A stretch of 64,000 nt of DNA from Candidatus Omnitrophota bacterium (GTDB taxonomy: Bacteria; Omnitrophota; Gorgyraeia; Zapsychrales; JBDRMG01): assembly GCA_043812495.1 (NCBI GenBank), contig JBDRMG010000002.1:4890-68889 (forward strand). Reading direction: 5' to 3'. The first letter of the stretch is position 1, and every line of letters begins with the position of its first letter. A model generated the notes under the pieces. It saw only the letters and a list, made by a program, of their open reading frames with translations. It did no database searches and had not been told where the DNA came from. Of this stretch, positions 39,490-48,541 are shown in pieces. The translations under genes were made by a program, and so were the position numbers.

Positions 39490-40775
39490 ATGTTCTTGTC
39501 ATCGGTTCCGGCGGCCGTGAGCACACCTTAGTTTGGAAAATACAACAGAGCCCAAAGGTCCAAAAGATTTATTGCGCTCCCGGGAACGGCGGGATCGCTC
39601 AAATCGCCGAGTGCGTCGATATTAAAGCCGAGAATATTCCGCAACTTTTGGAGTTCGCTTCGCAACAATCGATTGATCTTGTTGTGGTTGGGCCGGAGGC
39701 ACCCTTGGTGGAGGGAATCGTCGATGCCTTTGAAGAGAAAGGATTTAAAATTTTTGGACCGTCCCAATATGCTTCCCAGTTGGAAGGCAGCAAGGTTTTC
39801 GCTAAGGAATTTATGAGGCGTTACCATGTTCCGACGTCTGATTTTGAAAGCTTTGAAAATTATGATGAAGCGGTGAATTTCGTTCAAGAAGCTGATTTTC
39901 CTCTGGTGATCAAGGCCGATGGTCTTGCGGCAGGAAAAGGTGTTATGATTTGCCAAAGCCGAAAAGAAGCTCAAGAGGCCCTTGATGACATCATGAAGAA
40001 GAAGATTTTTAAAGACGCGGGTAACAGAGTAATCATCGAAGAGTGTCTGATCGGTGAAGAAGCTTCTATGTTAGCCATTAGTGATGGGTCCGGATTTATC
40101 ATGCTTGATTCCTCGCAGGATCACAAACGGATTTTTGATGAAGATCAAGGACCAAACACCGGCGGTATGGGAGCGTATTCCCCGGCTCCGGTGATTTCCC
40201 AAAGATTAAGCCGGCAAATCGCGCAGACCGTCATTGCCCCCGTGATCGAGGGCATGAAGGAAGAAGGGTATCCTTTTAAAGGAGTTCTTTATGCCGGTTT
40301 GATGATTACGGACAAAGGGCCTTATGTCCTTGAATTCAATGTCCGTTTTGGTGATCCCGAGACACAGGCTGTTTTACCGCGATTAAAAAATGACCTCATC
40401 GATATTATGCTTGCAAGCTGTTACGGCTCATTAAAGAATACCAAACTGCAATGGGACAAAAGAGCGTGTGTGTGCGTTGTGATGAGTTCCCGCGGTTATC
40501 CGGGAAATTATGAAAAAGGAAAAGAAATTACCGGACTGGATGAGGTTTTAAAAGAACAAGACACCATGGTTTTTCATGCGGGAACAAAGCAGGACAAAGA
40601 CAAGATCATCACGTCCGGCGGGCGTGTTTTGGGTGTGACAAGTCTTGGTGAAGGCATACAGGGCGCGATCGCAAGCGTCTATCATTCCGTAGAGAAGATT
40701 CATTTCGACGGATGTTTTTTCCGCAGAGATATTGGCGCTAAAGCGCTCAAGCACACTAATAAAGCCACTGTTTGA
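39486..40775 (+). CDS. purD: GAR synthetase
   Basis: GSGGREH, KADGLAAGKG, QDHKR, EFNVRFGDPE. Confidence 0.97.
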   Translation: MNVLVIGSGGREHTLVWKIQQSPKVQKIYCAPGNGGIAQIAECVDIKAENIPQLLEFASQQSIDLVVVGPEAPLVEGIVDAFEEKGFKIFGPSQYASQLEGSKVFAKEFMRRYHVPTSDFESFENYDEAVNFVQEADFPLVIKADGLAAGKGVMICQSRKEAQEALDDIMKKKIFKDAGNRVIIEECLIGEEASMLAISDGSGFIMLDSSQDHKRIFDEDQGPNTGGMGAYSPAPVISQRLSRQIAQTVIAPVIEGMKEEGYPFKGVLYAGLMITDKGPYVLEFNVRFGDPETQAVLPRLKNDLIDIMLASCYGSLKNTKLQWDKRACVCVVMSSRGYPGNYEKGKEITGLDEVLKEQDTMVFHAGTKQDKDKIITSGGRVLGVTSLGEGIQGAIASVYHSVEKIHFDGCFFRRDIGAKALKHTNKATV

Positions 40776-40815
40776 TTTGGCGTCAATTCTTCATCAAGAG
40801 AATGAGGAGAAGAAA

Positions 40816-41034
40816 ATGAAGAAAAGAACTTTCAGGTTTTTGTCTTTGTTACTATTTCTTTCTTTGCTTTTCGTTTCCCAAGCTTTATTCTTTGTTCAAC
40901 CTGGCATTGCCAGAAACAGACCTTACCCACCGCCGCCCCCCAGCGCACCCCATCTTACCAAGCCTACGGATCCAAATTTCGATGGCATCTATTTCGTTGA
41001 CTGGACAGATATAGGGGGTCAGGTCTCGACTTGA
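40816..41034 (+). pseudogene. Secreted (FN3-like) protein fragment truncated at the transposase end repeat
   Basis: GAGGAG RBS, signal peptide, PPPPPSAP..DPNFDGIYFVDW; final GQVST* is encoded by the repeat. Confidence 0.55.
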
Positions 41035-41111
41035 CGACATGTCTTTCAAAAAAGGGGACAGCGCCCTTTAATTTAGTACGTACAGCATCAAACCTGGGGT
41101 CAGGTCTCGAC

Positions 41112-41140
41112 TTGACGACATGTTAATCATTTGATATAAT
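41112..41140 (+). promoter_or_regulatory. Transposase promoter with -35 inside the end repeat
   Basis: TTGACG-17-TATAAT. Confidence 0.7.
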
Positions 41141-41212
41141 TTTTTAAAGTATTTTGCGGATACTTAATGAACAATATCTATACAAAAAGCATCAGAAGGA
41201 TAACAGAAATTT

Positions 41213-42190
41213 ATGGCAAGACCTGTACGGTTATTATTCGAAGGAGCGTATTATCATGTCATCAATCGAGGGCAAAGTAAACGTGAAGTATTTTTGGATG
41301 AAAAAGATTATGAAGCCTTCCTTAAAGTAATAAGAGAAACCTGTCAGACATACAAGGTCAATGTTGTTGCCTATTGCTTAATGCGCAATCACTATCATCT
41401 CATCGTGTACACGCCAAATGCTAATTTACCTGGTTTTATGAGACAGTTAGGCGGTGTGTATACCCAATTCTTTAATCGAAAATACAAACAAGATGGGCCG
41501 TTATTTAAAGGTCGCTATAAGGCGATTGTTGTGCAAGAGGGCAGTTATCTGCTTCGACTTATACGATACATACATAAGAATCCGATACGGGCAAAGATCG
41601 TTGAGCGATTAGATAAATATCGATATTCAAGTCATGGCTTTTACACAAAAGAAAAAGAAAGTGAATGGCTCAAATTCAAAGATATATTAAAAGGGCAATG
41701 GAGAAAGCTGCAAAATTTTAAAAAGGCTTATCTTGATTTTATGAAAAAGGAGGATCAAGAGCTTGAGGAGTACTTGCAGGAAAAAAGCCGCAAGGCCACC
41801 GATGCCATCATCCTTGGAGACGATGAATTTACGGACACAATTAAAATGAACTATCTCCATGGAAAAAGAGTGTACGGGGATGTGCCTCAAGCCAAGCACA
41901 TAAAAGATGAGATGTGTTTTAAAAAAGTTAAGCGAGAGATTATAAAAGAATTTAAGATAGAAGAAGAGATGTTGTATATTTCTAAGCGGGGTAAGGAAAA
42001 TCTAGCGAGACTCTTGGCCATCGGATTGTTAAGGGAATGTAGCGGTATGACCTATAGAGGTATTGGATATGCTCTTCGAATTGAAAGCTATAAAAGTGTT
42101 GCCAAGTATGCGCAGAGGATGAAAGGTCGGTACTTAAAAGACCAGAGGATCAAGAATCTGTTTGATAGGTTGAAGGTGAGATGTATCTAA
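41213..42190 (+). CDS. REP-associated tyrosine transposase (Y1_Tnp) with C-terminal HTH
   Basis: MARPVR..YYHVINRG, YCLMRNHYHL (HUH), GPLFKGRYK, RYIHKNP, YRYSS. Confidence 0.9.
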   Translation: MARPVRLLFEGAYYHVINRGQSKREVFLDEKDYEAFLKVIRETCQTYKVNVVAYCLMRNHYHLIVYTPNANLPGFMRQLGGVYTQFFNRKYKQDGPLFKGRYKAIVVQEGSYLLRLIRYIHKNPIRAKIVERLDKYRYSSHGFYTKEKESEWLKFKDILKGQWRKLQNFKKAYLDFMKKEDQELEEYLQEKSRKATDAIILGDDEFTDTIKMNYLHGKRVYGDVPQAKHIKDEMCFKKVKREIIKEFKIEEEMLYISKRGKENLARLLAIGLLRECSGMTYRGIGYALRIESYKSVAKYAQRMKGRYLKDQRIKNLFDRLKVRCI

Positions 42191-42356
42191 GTCGAGACCT
42201 GACCCCTTATTTTTGGGCTTGCCTGCGGTAGACAGGTTAAAACCGGTCCTTTGTTAAAGTTGTTTTCACAGAGTTGTCTTTGCCGGAAAAAATTCATAAG
42301 ACAGATCAACAAATCCAGTATATAATTGAATAAAAATTGATCAAGGAGGACATCAC

Positions 42357-42842
42357 ATGAAAGCTCAGATTGCGATTGTTATGGGAAGCGCATCCGACAT
42401 GCCGACTATGAAAGAAGCTGCTTTGCTTTTAAAAGAATTTAATGTTGCCTTTGAAATGAAAGTTCTTTCGGCGCACCGCGTTCCTGATCAAACCGCTAGC
42501 TTCGCCAAAAATCTCAAGAAACGGGATATTAAAATTGTGATCGCGGGTGCCGGAGGCTCAGCGGCCTTAGCGGGATTCATTGCGAGCCTTACGCCACTGC
42601 CCGTCATCGGGATTCCCATTGAAACATCTTCGCTCAATGGTTTGGATTCTTTATTATCGACCGTGCAAATGCCGTCCGGTGTTCCGGTGGGTACGGTGGC
42701 GATCGGAAAATCCGGCGCGAAAAACGCAGCCCTCTTGGCCTTAAGGATTCTTGGTTTGTCGGATAGAAAAATCCAGGAAAAGTTAGAAAAATACAAGAAA
42801 CAAAGGGCTGAGCAAATCCTCAAGACAAAGGTTAAAATTTGA
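42357..42842 (+). CDS. purE: PurE (AIR carboxylase/N5-CAIR mutase)
   Basis: MGSASD, SAHR, PVIGIP, STVQMPSGVPV. Confidence 0.95.
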   Translation: MKAQIAIVMGSASDMPTMKEAALLLKEFNVAFEMKVLSAHRVPDQTASFAKNLKKRDIKIVIAGAGGSAALAGFIASLTPLPVIGIPIETSSLNGLDSLLSTVQMPSGVPVGTVAIGKSGAKNAALLALRILGLSDRKIQEKLEKYKKQRAEQILKTKVKI

Positions 42843-43012
42843 GGGCCATTTTTAACTAGGGTGATGAATATTTCATAATTTAAAGTAAGATAAATAGATA
42901 AAGAAAATTATTGCATGGCCCTGATTCCTGAGATTTTATGAGATTTCAGTCATGATTTTTTCGATAAGATTATCGCTGTAATCTTCATGAATCACCGTAA
43001 TCAGGTTCTTTC
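42843..43012 (+). repeat. Family B element, copy 2
   Basis: GGGCCATT..ATGGCCCTGATT..AATCAGGTTCTTTC; arm starts 72 nt apart; begins right after the purE stop. Confidence 0.7.
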
Positions 43013-43039
43013 GTACAACCTAAACAGAAAGAACCAAAT

Positions 43040-44110
43040 TTGAAGACAAAAGTTCTCACTATCCACCCGACGTATCCGGAATTAGACCGTATCGCCGAAT
43101 GCGCCCAGGTGATTCGAAACGGCGGCCTTGTAATTTTTCCGACAGAAACTGTTTATGGCGTAGCCGCCAATTTTGAGAATAAGAAAGCGATGAAACGGCT
43201 GCAAAAAGTCAAACGCCGGCAGCCTGGTAAACCCTTTTCGATCCTTGTCCCGTATAAAGAAAGAATCGATGAGTTGGCGGCGATCAGCGATCACCGGGTT
43301 TATAAATTGATCGATGAATTCTGGCCCGGACCGTTGACAGTTGTCGTTCCCGAGAAAAAGCAAGAGGGCAAAACGATCGGCCTGCGTATGCCGCAAAATA
43401 ATATCGCTCTTCATTTGGCTCAAGAGGCGCGGTGTTCTTTGGCGGCTCCTTCTGCGAATGTTGAAGGACAGCATCCGCCGATTACATGCCAAGAGGCTTT
43501 GAAAAATCTCCAAGGAGAAGTGGAAATCGCGATTGACGGAGGTCCGACTGTTCTGGGGAAGGCGTCGACCGTTGTGGATATGACTAATCCGTTAGCGCCA
43601 AAAATATTACGCAAAGGCCCACTGACAGAAGAAGATATTAATCAGGTGCTTAAAAAGAAAATTATTCTTTTTGTTTGCACGGGAAACAGCTGCCGCTCGG
43701 TCATGGCGGAGTATCTTCTCAAAGACAAGTTCAAGAACAGAGAGAACCTGGATATTATTTCAGCCGGAACCAGTGTTTTTGTCAGTTCCACGGCAAGCGC
43801 GAATACCATTTGTATTCTTCAAAAAGAAGGGATTGATGCTACGCGCCATCGGTCCCGACCCATGCATCGCATCATGATCAAAAAAGCGGATTTGATTTTT
43901 ACGATGACCCGCGCGCAGCGGGATCAAATCACGCAGCAAGCGCCTGATGTGAAAAATCGCGTGTATCTTCTAAAAGAATTTGGTAATATGTTGACAAGTC
44001 AAGAAGCGCAATTGGATATTCCTGATCCTATCGGGGGCACGACGTCTGTGTACGAGGAATGTCTGTTAACCATTAAGGAGGCTATCCAGCGGATAGTGAA
44101 ATTGATTTGA
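43040..44110 (+). CDS. tsaC: TsaC/Sua5 threonylcarbamoyl-AMP synthase fused to an LMW protein tyrosine/arginine phosphatase
   Basis: FPTETVYG, FWPGPLT, APSAN; FVCTGNSCRS, DIPDPIG. Confidence 0.9.
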   Translation: MKTKVLTIHPTYPELDRIAECAQVIRNGGLVIFPTETVYGVAANFENKKAMKRLQKVKRRQPGKPFSILVPYKERIDELAAISDHRVYKLIDEFWPGPLTVVVPEKKQEGKTIGLRMPQNNIALHLAQEARCSLAAPSANVEGQHPPITCQEALKNLQGEVEIAIDGGPTVLGKASTVVDMTNPLAPKILRKGPLTEEDINQVLKKKIILFVCTGNSCRSVMAEYLLKDKFKNRENLDIISAGTSVFVSSTASANTICILQKEGIDATRHRSRPMHRIMIKKADLIFTMTRAQRDQITQQAPDVKNRVYLLKEFGNMLTSQEAQLDIPDPIGGTTSVYEECLLTIKEAIQRIVKLI

Positions 44111-44562
44111 TGATTTATATCGGGGCGGATCACCGCGGTTATCGGTTAAAGAACAAAATTAAGAATTTTCTGACACAAAAAGGTTTTTCTGTCGTTGATG
44201 TGGGTGCCTTTACGGATCAGAAAAGCAGCGATTATCCGAAGATTTCCTTCAAGGTGGCCCAAAAAGTGGCTCAGGACCGTAACGCCAAGGGTATTTTGAT
44301 TTGTATGACAGGAATCGGCAACAGTATCGCGGCGAACAAAGTACGCGGTATTCGCGCCGCTCTTTGCTATAACAAAACAGCGGCTCGTTTGTCCCGTCAA
44401 CATAACGATGCGAATGTCCTCGTGCTTGGATCAAAATTTGTTCATCCTAAAGAAATCATGGGGATTGTCTCTGTCTGGCTTAAAACAGAATTTGAGGGCC
44501 AGCGCCACCAGAGACGCGTCAACCAAATTAAGGCCATTGAAAGAAAATGCGCTAAAGCATAG
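44107..44562 (+). CDS. rpiB: Ribose-5-phosphate isomerase B
   Basis: GADHRG, DYP, CMTGIG, ANKV.GIRAA, HNDAN. Confidence 0.95.
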   Translation: MMIYIGADHRGYRLKNKIKNFLTQKGFSVVDVGAFTDQKSSDYPKISFKVAQKVAQDRNAKGILICMTGIGNSIAANKVRGIRAALCYNKTAARLSRQHNDANVLVLGSKFVHPKEIMGIVSVWLKTEFEGQRHQRRVNQIKAIERKCAKA

Positions 44563-44564
44563 TA

Positions 44565-44772
44565 GAAATAGTATTTTTATATTTGTTTGACCCCCCGCCC
44601 CGCTTCTTGCTTCCGCCTGTCTGCCGACAGGCAGGCAAGAAAACAGCGGGGCGAGGTCAATTCGACCTTATAACTTATGTTCCGTCAATTCGATTTCATC
44701 GAATTGGCGAGACCTCGTCAGAAAATTTATAAAAAGACGGGCGCTTCACTCCATAAGTAATGGTCTCATTGA
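44565..44772 (-). repeat. Family A element, copy 5 (nested CCTGTCTG insert)
   Basis: GAAATAGT..GCCCCGC..GCGGGGC GAGGTCAATTCGACC..GGTCTCATTGA. Confidence 0.88.
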
Positions 44773-44783
44773 TCGGAGGAATT

Positions 44784-46031
44784 ATGCAACACTTGAAGAA
44801 AGTCGACCAAGATGTTTACCGGGCTATTCAAGATGAAATCAGGCGTCAGAATGATAATTTAGAGTTAATCGCAAGCGAAAACTTTGTTTCACTGGCTGTT
44901 TTGGAAGCCCAAGGGAGCGTCATGACCAATAAGTACGCTGAAGGGTATCCTTCGGCGCGCTGGTACGGCGGTTGCCAGAATGTGGATGTGGCTGAGCGCT
45001 TGGCCATTGAGCGAGCCAAGAAATTATTCGGCGCAGAACATATCAATGTTCAACCGCATTCAGGCTCTCAGGCCAACATGGCCGTTTACTATTCCGTCTT
45101 AAATACCGGCGACACGCTCATGGCTATGGATTTGGCCTGCGGCGGTCATTTAACACACGGACACAAGATCAATTTTTCCGGACGAACCTACAAAATCGTG
45201 ACCTATGGGGTCCATCCAAAAACAGAGAAAATTGATTTTGACGAAGTCAGAGAAAAAGCCAAGAAATACAAACCGCGTATGATCATGGCCGGTGCCTCGG
45301 CCTATTCTCGCTCGATCAACTTTAAAAAGTTTAAAGAAATTTGTTCTTTGGTCGGGGCTTATTTTGCCGTGGATATGGCCCATATTGCAGGTTTGGTAGC
45401 CGTCGGACTTCATCCCAATCCTGTGCCTTATGCGGATTTTGTAACAACGACAACGCATAAAACTTTGCGTGGTCCGCGCGGGGGCATGATTCTCTGCAAG
45501 AAGGAATACGCGAAGAAAATTGACATGACGGTCTTTCCCGGTATCCAGGGCGGGCCGCTGATGCACGTAATTGCCGCTAAGGCCGTAGCTTTTAAAGAAG
45601 CCTTACGCAAAGATTTTAAAGGTTACCAGGCGCAGATTATCAAAAACGCGCAGGCCTTGTCCGATGAGCTTTCTGGCTGCGGTTATCGCATTGTTGCCGG
45701 CGGGACCGACAATCACCTTTTAATGGTTGATCTCAGATCCAAAGACATTACGGGAAAAGACGCGGCTCATTTGTTGGATCAGGTACGCATCACGGTCAAC
45801 AAGAATTTGATTCCGTTTGATCCTCAAAGTCCGATGGTCACAAGCGGAATTCGCCTGGGCACGCCGGCCTTAACGACGCGGGGAATGAAAGAAAAAGAGA
45901 TGAGATTGATTGCCCATCTGATTGACGAAGCGATTCTATCGCGTCATGACGAGAAAGCCCTTAGCCGGGTACGGAAAAAAGTTGATGGCCTAACCAAAAA
46001 GTTCCCTATTTACAGAAATTTACGCGCATGA
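44784..46031 (+). CDS. glyA: Serine hydroxymethyltransferase
   Basis: [34 protein letters not shown]. Confidence 0.97.
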   Translation: MQHLKKVDQDVYRAIQDEIRRQNDNLELIASENFVSLAVLEAQGSVMTNKYAEGYPSARWYGGCQNVDVAERLAIERAKKLFGAEHINVQPHSGSQANMAVYYSVLNTGDTLMAMDLACGGHLTHGHKINFSGRTYKIVTYGVHPKTEKIDFDEVREKAKKYKPRMIMAGASAYSRSINFKKFKEICSLVGAYFAVDMAHIAGLVAVGLHPNPVPYADFVTTTTHKTLRGPRGGMILCKKEYAKKIDMTVFPGIQGGPLMHVIAAKAVAFKEALRKDFKGYQAQIIKNAQALSDELSGCGYRIVAGGTDNHLLMVDLRSKDITGKDAAHLLDQVRITVNKNLIPFDPQSPMVTSGIRLGTPALTTRGMKEKEMRLIAHLIDEAILSRHDEKALSRVRKKVDGLTKKFPIYRNLRA

Positions 46032-46489
46032 AATGTCCCGCCTGTTCCTATAAAGAAACGAAAGTCGTGGATTCGCGTTTAAGCAGCGAAGGAACGTCGG
46101 TACGCAGGCGTCGCGAATGCCTCAAATGCGAGAAACGCTTTACAACGTATGAATATATCGAAGAAGTTCCTTTGATGGTTGTCAAGCGCGATAGCCGGCG
46201 CCAGGCTTTTGACCAGAAGAAAATCATTGCCGGCATTGTCAAGGCCTGCGAGAAGCGGCCCGTGAGTATCGACCAAATCGAGAAGTTGACTTTGGCGATT
46301 GAGCGTGACATCCAAAAGAGGTTTGAGAGGGAAGTCAGTTCCAAAGATATCGGAGAGATGGTGATGGAAAAGCTGGCCACTCTCGATGAAGTCGCCTATG
46401 TACGTTTCGCGTCCGTGTACCGGCAGTTTCGCGACGTGAATCAGTTTATGAAGGAATTGAAGGTCATTCTTGATAAGGAAAAAAAGTAA
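46028..46489 (+). CDS. nrdR: Transcriptional repressor NrdR
   Basis: [23 protein letters not shown] cone, YVRFASVY. Confidence 0.97.
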   Translation: MKCPACSYKETKVVDSRLSSEGTSVRRRRECLKCEKRFTTYEYIEEVPLMVVKRDSRRQAFDQKKIIAGIVKACEKRPVSIDQIEKLTLAIERDIQKRFEREVSSKDIGEMVMEKLATLDEVAYVRFASVYRQFRDVNQFMKELKVILDKEKK

Positions 46490-46502
46490 AGGGTCGTTTT
46501 TA

Positions 46503-46907
46503 ATGATTCAAGTTGAGTTGACAAAAATTATCATTGACGAGAAAAGACAGGATCAGATCATCGTTCTTAAAGAAAAAGACGGATCACGGCAATTTCCGAT
46601 TGTTATAGGGTTTCTGGAGGCCTCCAGCATTAAGCTCAAACTCTCGGGAATGAAGGTTCCCCGGCCCATGGCCCATGACTTATTGGCCGCCACCATCAAG
46701 GGCCTGGGGGCCAAGCTTGAGAAAATCATCATCGATCAACTCATCAGCAATACTTTTCACGCCAAATTGGTCTTAAAGACTGCGGATGGTTCGGAGCGCG
46801 TCATTGATGCCAGGCCCTCCGATAGCATTGCGCTCGCCGTGCGCACGAACGCGCCCATATTTGCCGAAGAAGAAGTTCTCGAGAAAGCGTCGTTTTTTAA
46901 GACGTAA
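46503..46907 (+). CDS. Bifunctional nuclease family (DUF151)
   Basis: PIVIG..EA, RPMAHDL, DARPSDSIALA. Confidence 0.9.
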   Translation: MIQVELTKIIIDEKRQDQIIVLKEKDGSRQFPIVIGFLEASSIKLKLSGMKVPRPMAHDLLAATIKGLGAKLEKIIIDQLISNTFHAKLVLKTADGSERVIDARPSDSIALAVRTNAPIFAEEEVLEKASFFKT

Positions 46908-46912
46908 CAAGG

Positions 46913-47072
46913 GGGCCATTCTTATTTGGATTAATAAATATTTTAAAATATTGGGAAAGACAAATAGATGATAAAAAGATTGAATGGCCCTGATTGCACA
47001 GATTGCATTAGATTACACAGATATTCACATCTGTGCAATCTGTTCCTAAATCGGTGTAATCAAGGTTCTTTC
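46913..47072 (+). repeat. Family B element, copy 3
   Basis: GGGCCATT..ATGGCCCTGATT..AATCAAGGTTCTTTC; arm starts 71 nt apart; CAGATT-periodic hairpin inside. Confidence 0.7.
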
Positions 47073-47089
47073 ATTTGTTCCATTTGCCC

Positions 47090-48541
47090 ATGAAAACCTT
47101 CGCTTCATCTCTCTATCAAAGTCCTCAGTTCAAAATCATCCAGAACATTGCCAAGAAAAAGAAGATTAAAATCTATCTGGTGGGTGGATTCTTACGCGAC
47201 TGTCTTCTCAAGCGCGAATGCTTTGATTACGATTTTGCCGTTTCCCGCGGGGCTCTTGACGTGGCCAAAACATTCGCTAGAAAAATCAAAGGGGCGTTTG
47301 TGTTGCTGGATCATGAGCGCGGTTGCGGACGTGTCGCTAAGAAACAAGGCGAGCGGCTTTGGACGTTTGATTTTGCCGATTTTCGGGAAAAGACATTAAG
47401 AAAAGACCTTGCCCATCGGGATTTTACCATCAATACGTTGTGCGTTGACTTAGAAGAGCTTGATCAAAAAAGCGACATGACCGACATCTTGTTTGATTAC
47501 GAACATGGCCTGAAAGATTTAAAACAAAAAACAATTAGAATGGTCAGTGCGCGCAGTTTTCAAGACGACCCCCTGCGTATGATCCGTGCGTTTAGTCATC
47601 GGGCATTATTGGATTTTAAAATTGAGGCGAAGACTTTGCGGCAGATTAAGAAAGACAAAAGCTCTATTAAAGAGGTGTCTTTCGAGAGAATACGCGATGA
47701 ATTTTTTAAAATCTTATCGTCTCCTCGGGCTGCGCAGACTCTTAAAGAGATGGATCGCGTTGGACTCCTTGAGCAATTCATTCCTCAGATTTACGTGATG
47801 TACCGCGTGAAACAGGGCGGTTATCATCATTTGGATGTCTGGGCCCATAGCCTGGAAGCCGTCCGTCAGTTAGAAAAATTGATTCCCGAAATCAAAAACA
47901 ATCAAGATATCATGGGTTATATTCAAGAGCCGCTTGTGACGGGACGCAGCCGTTTGAGCTTGATGAAATTGGCCGTGCTTTTACATGATATCGGAAAACC
48001 GGATGCGCGAAAACGAAGAGGGCAAAGGACCTATTTTTACGGCCATGAGAGAATCGGCCGAAATATCGCGCGTCCCATCGCGCAGCGGTTAAAGCTATCA
48101 ACGAAGGAATGCTATGCGCTTGAAGACATGATCCTTTGGCATCTTCGCCCCGGATATCTATCCAATTTCAAACAACCCTCGCAAAGGGCTATCTTTCGGT
48201 TCTTACGAGACGCCAAGGACGAAGCTGTGAGCATTCTCCTTTTGTCCTGGGCGGACCAAAGGGCAACGCGCGGTCCTTTGACCTCAAGCTATGACCAAAA
48301 GCATCATGAGAAAATCGTGAAACAGCTTATCCAGTTGTATTTTGATAAGAAAAAAGAAAAACCCCTGATTCGCCTGATTAACGGCCATGATTTAATAAGG
48401 AAATTAAAACTCAAACCGTCACCCCTTTTTGCTAAAATTCTATCTGAGGTCGAAGAGCGCCAGGCCATGGGAAAAATCAAGACAAAGCGAGAGGCGCTGG
48501 ATTGCGCGCGAAAAATCGCTCAAAAGGCCGGACCATCATGA
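47090..48541 (+). CDS. CCA-adding enzyme/poly(A) polymerase family with HD domain
   Basis: VGGFLRD, DYD, RDFTIN, DDPLR, LLHDIGKP. Confidence 0.9.
   Translation: MKTFASSLYQSPQFKIIQNIAKKKKIKIYLVGGFLRDCLLKRECFDYDFAVSRGALDVAKTFARKIKGAFVLLDHERGCGRVAKKQGERLWTFDFADFREKTLRKDLAHRDFTINTLCVDLEELDQKSDMTDILFDYEHGLKDLKQKTIRMVSARSFQDDPLRMIRAFSHRALLDFKIEAKTLRQIKKDKSSIKEVSFERIRDEFFKILSSPRAAQTLKEMDRVGLLEQFIPQIYVMYRVKQGGYHHLDVWAHSLEAVRQLEKLIPEIKNNQDIMGYIQEPLVTGRSRLSLMKLAVLLHDIGKPDARKRRGQRTYFYGHERIGRNIARPIAQRLKLSTKECYALEDMILWHLRPGYLSNFKQPSQRAIFRFLRDAKDEAVSILLLSWADQRATRGPLTSSYDQKHHEKIVKQLIQLYFDKKKEKPLIRLINGHDLIRKLKLKPSPLFAKILSEVEERQAMGKIKTKREALDCARKIAQKAGPS

Larger units (their letters stand above)
41015..42206 (+). 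mobile_element. RAYT (Y1 HUH) element with end repeats
   Basis: 28-bp direct repeat GGGGTCAGGTCTCGACTTGACGACATGT at 41015-41042 and 41096-41123; inverted 18-bp copy at 42189-42206. Confidence 0.8.

Noticed and set aside
44565-44772. Riboswitch (e.g. ZTP or purine type) upstream of glyA or purL
   Set aside because: The structures are family A copies, found in opposite orientations before unrelated genes. No recognised aptamer consensus.
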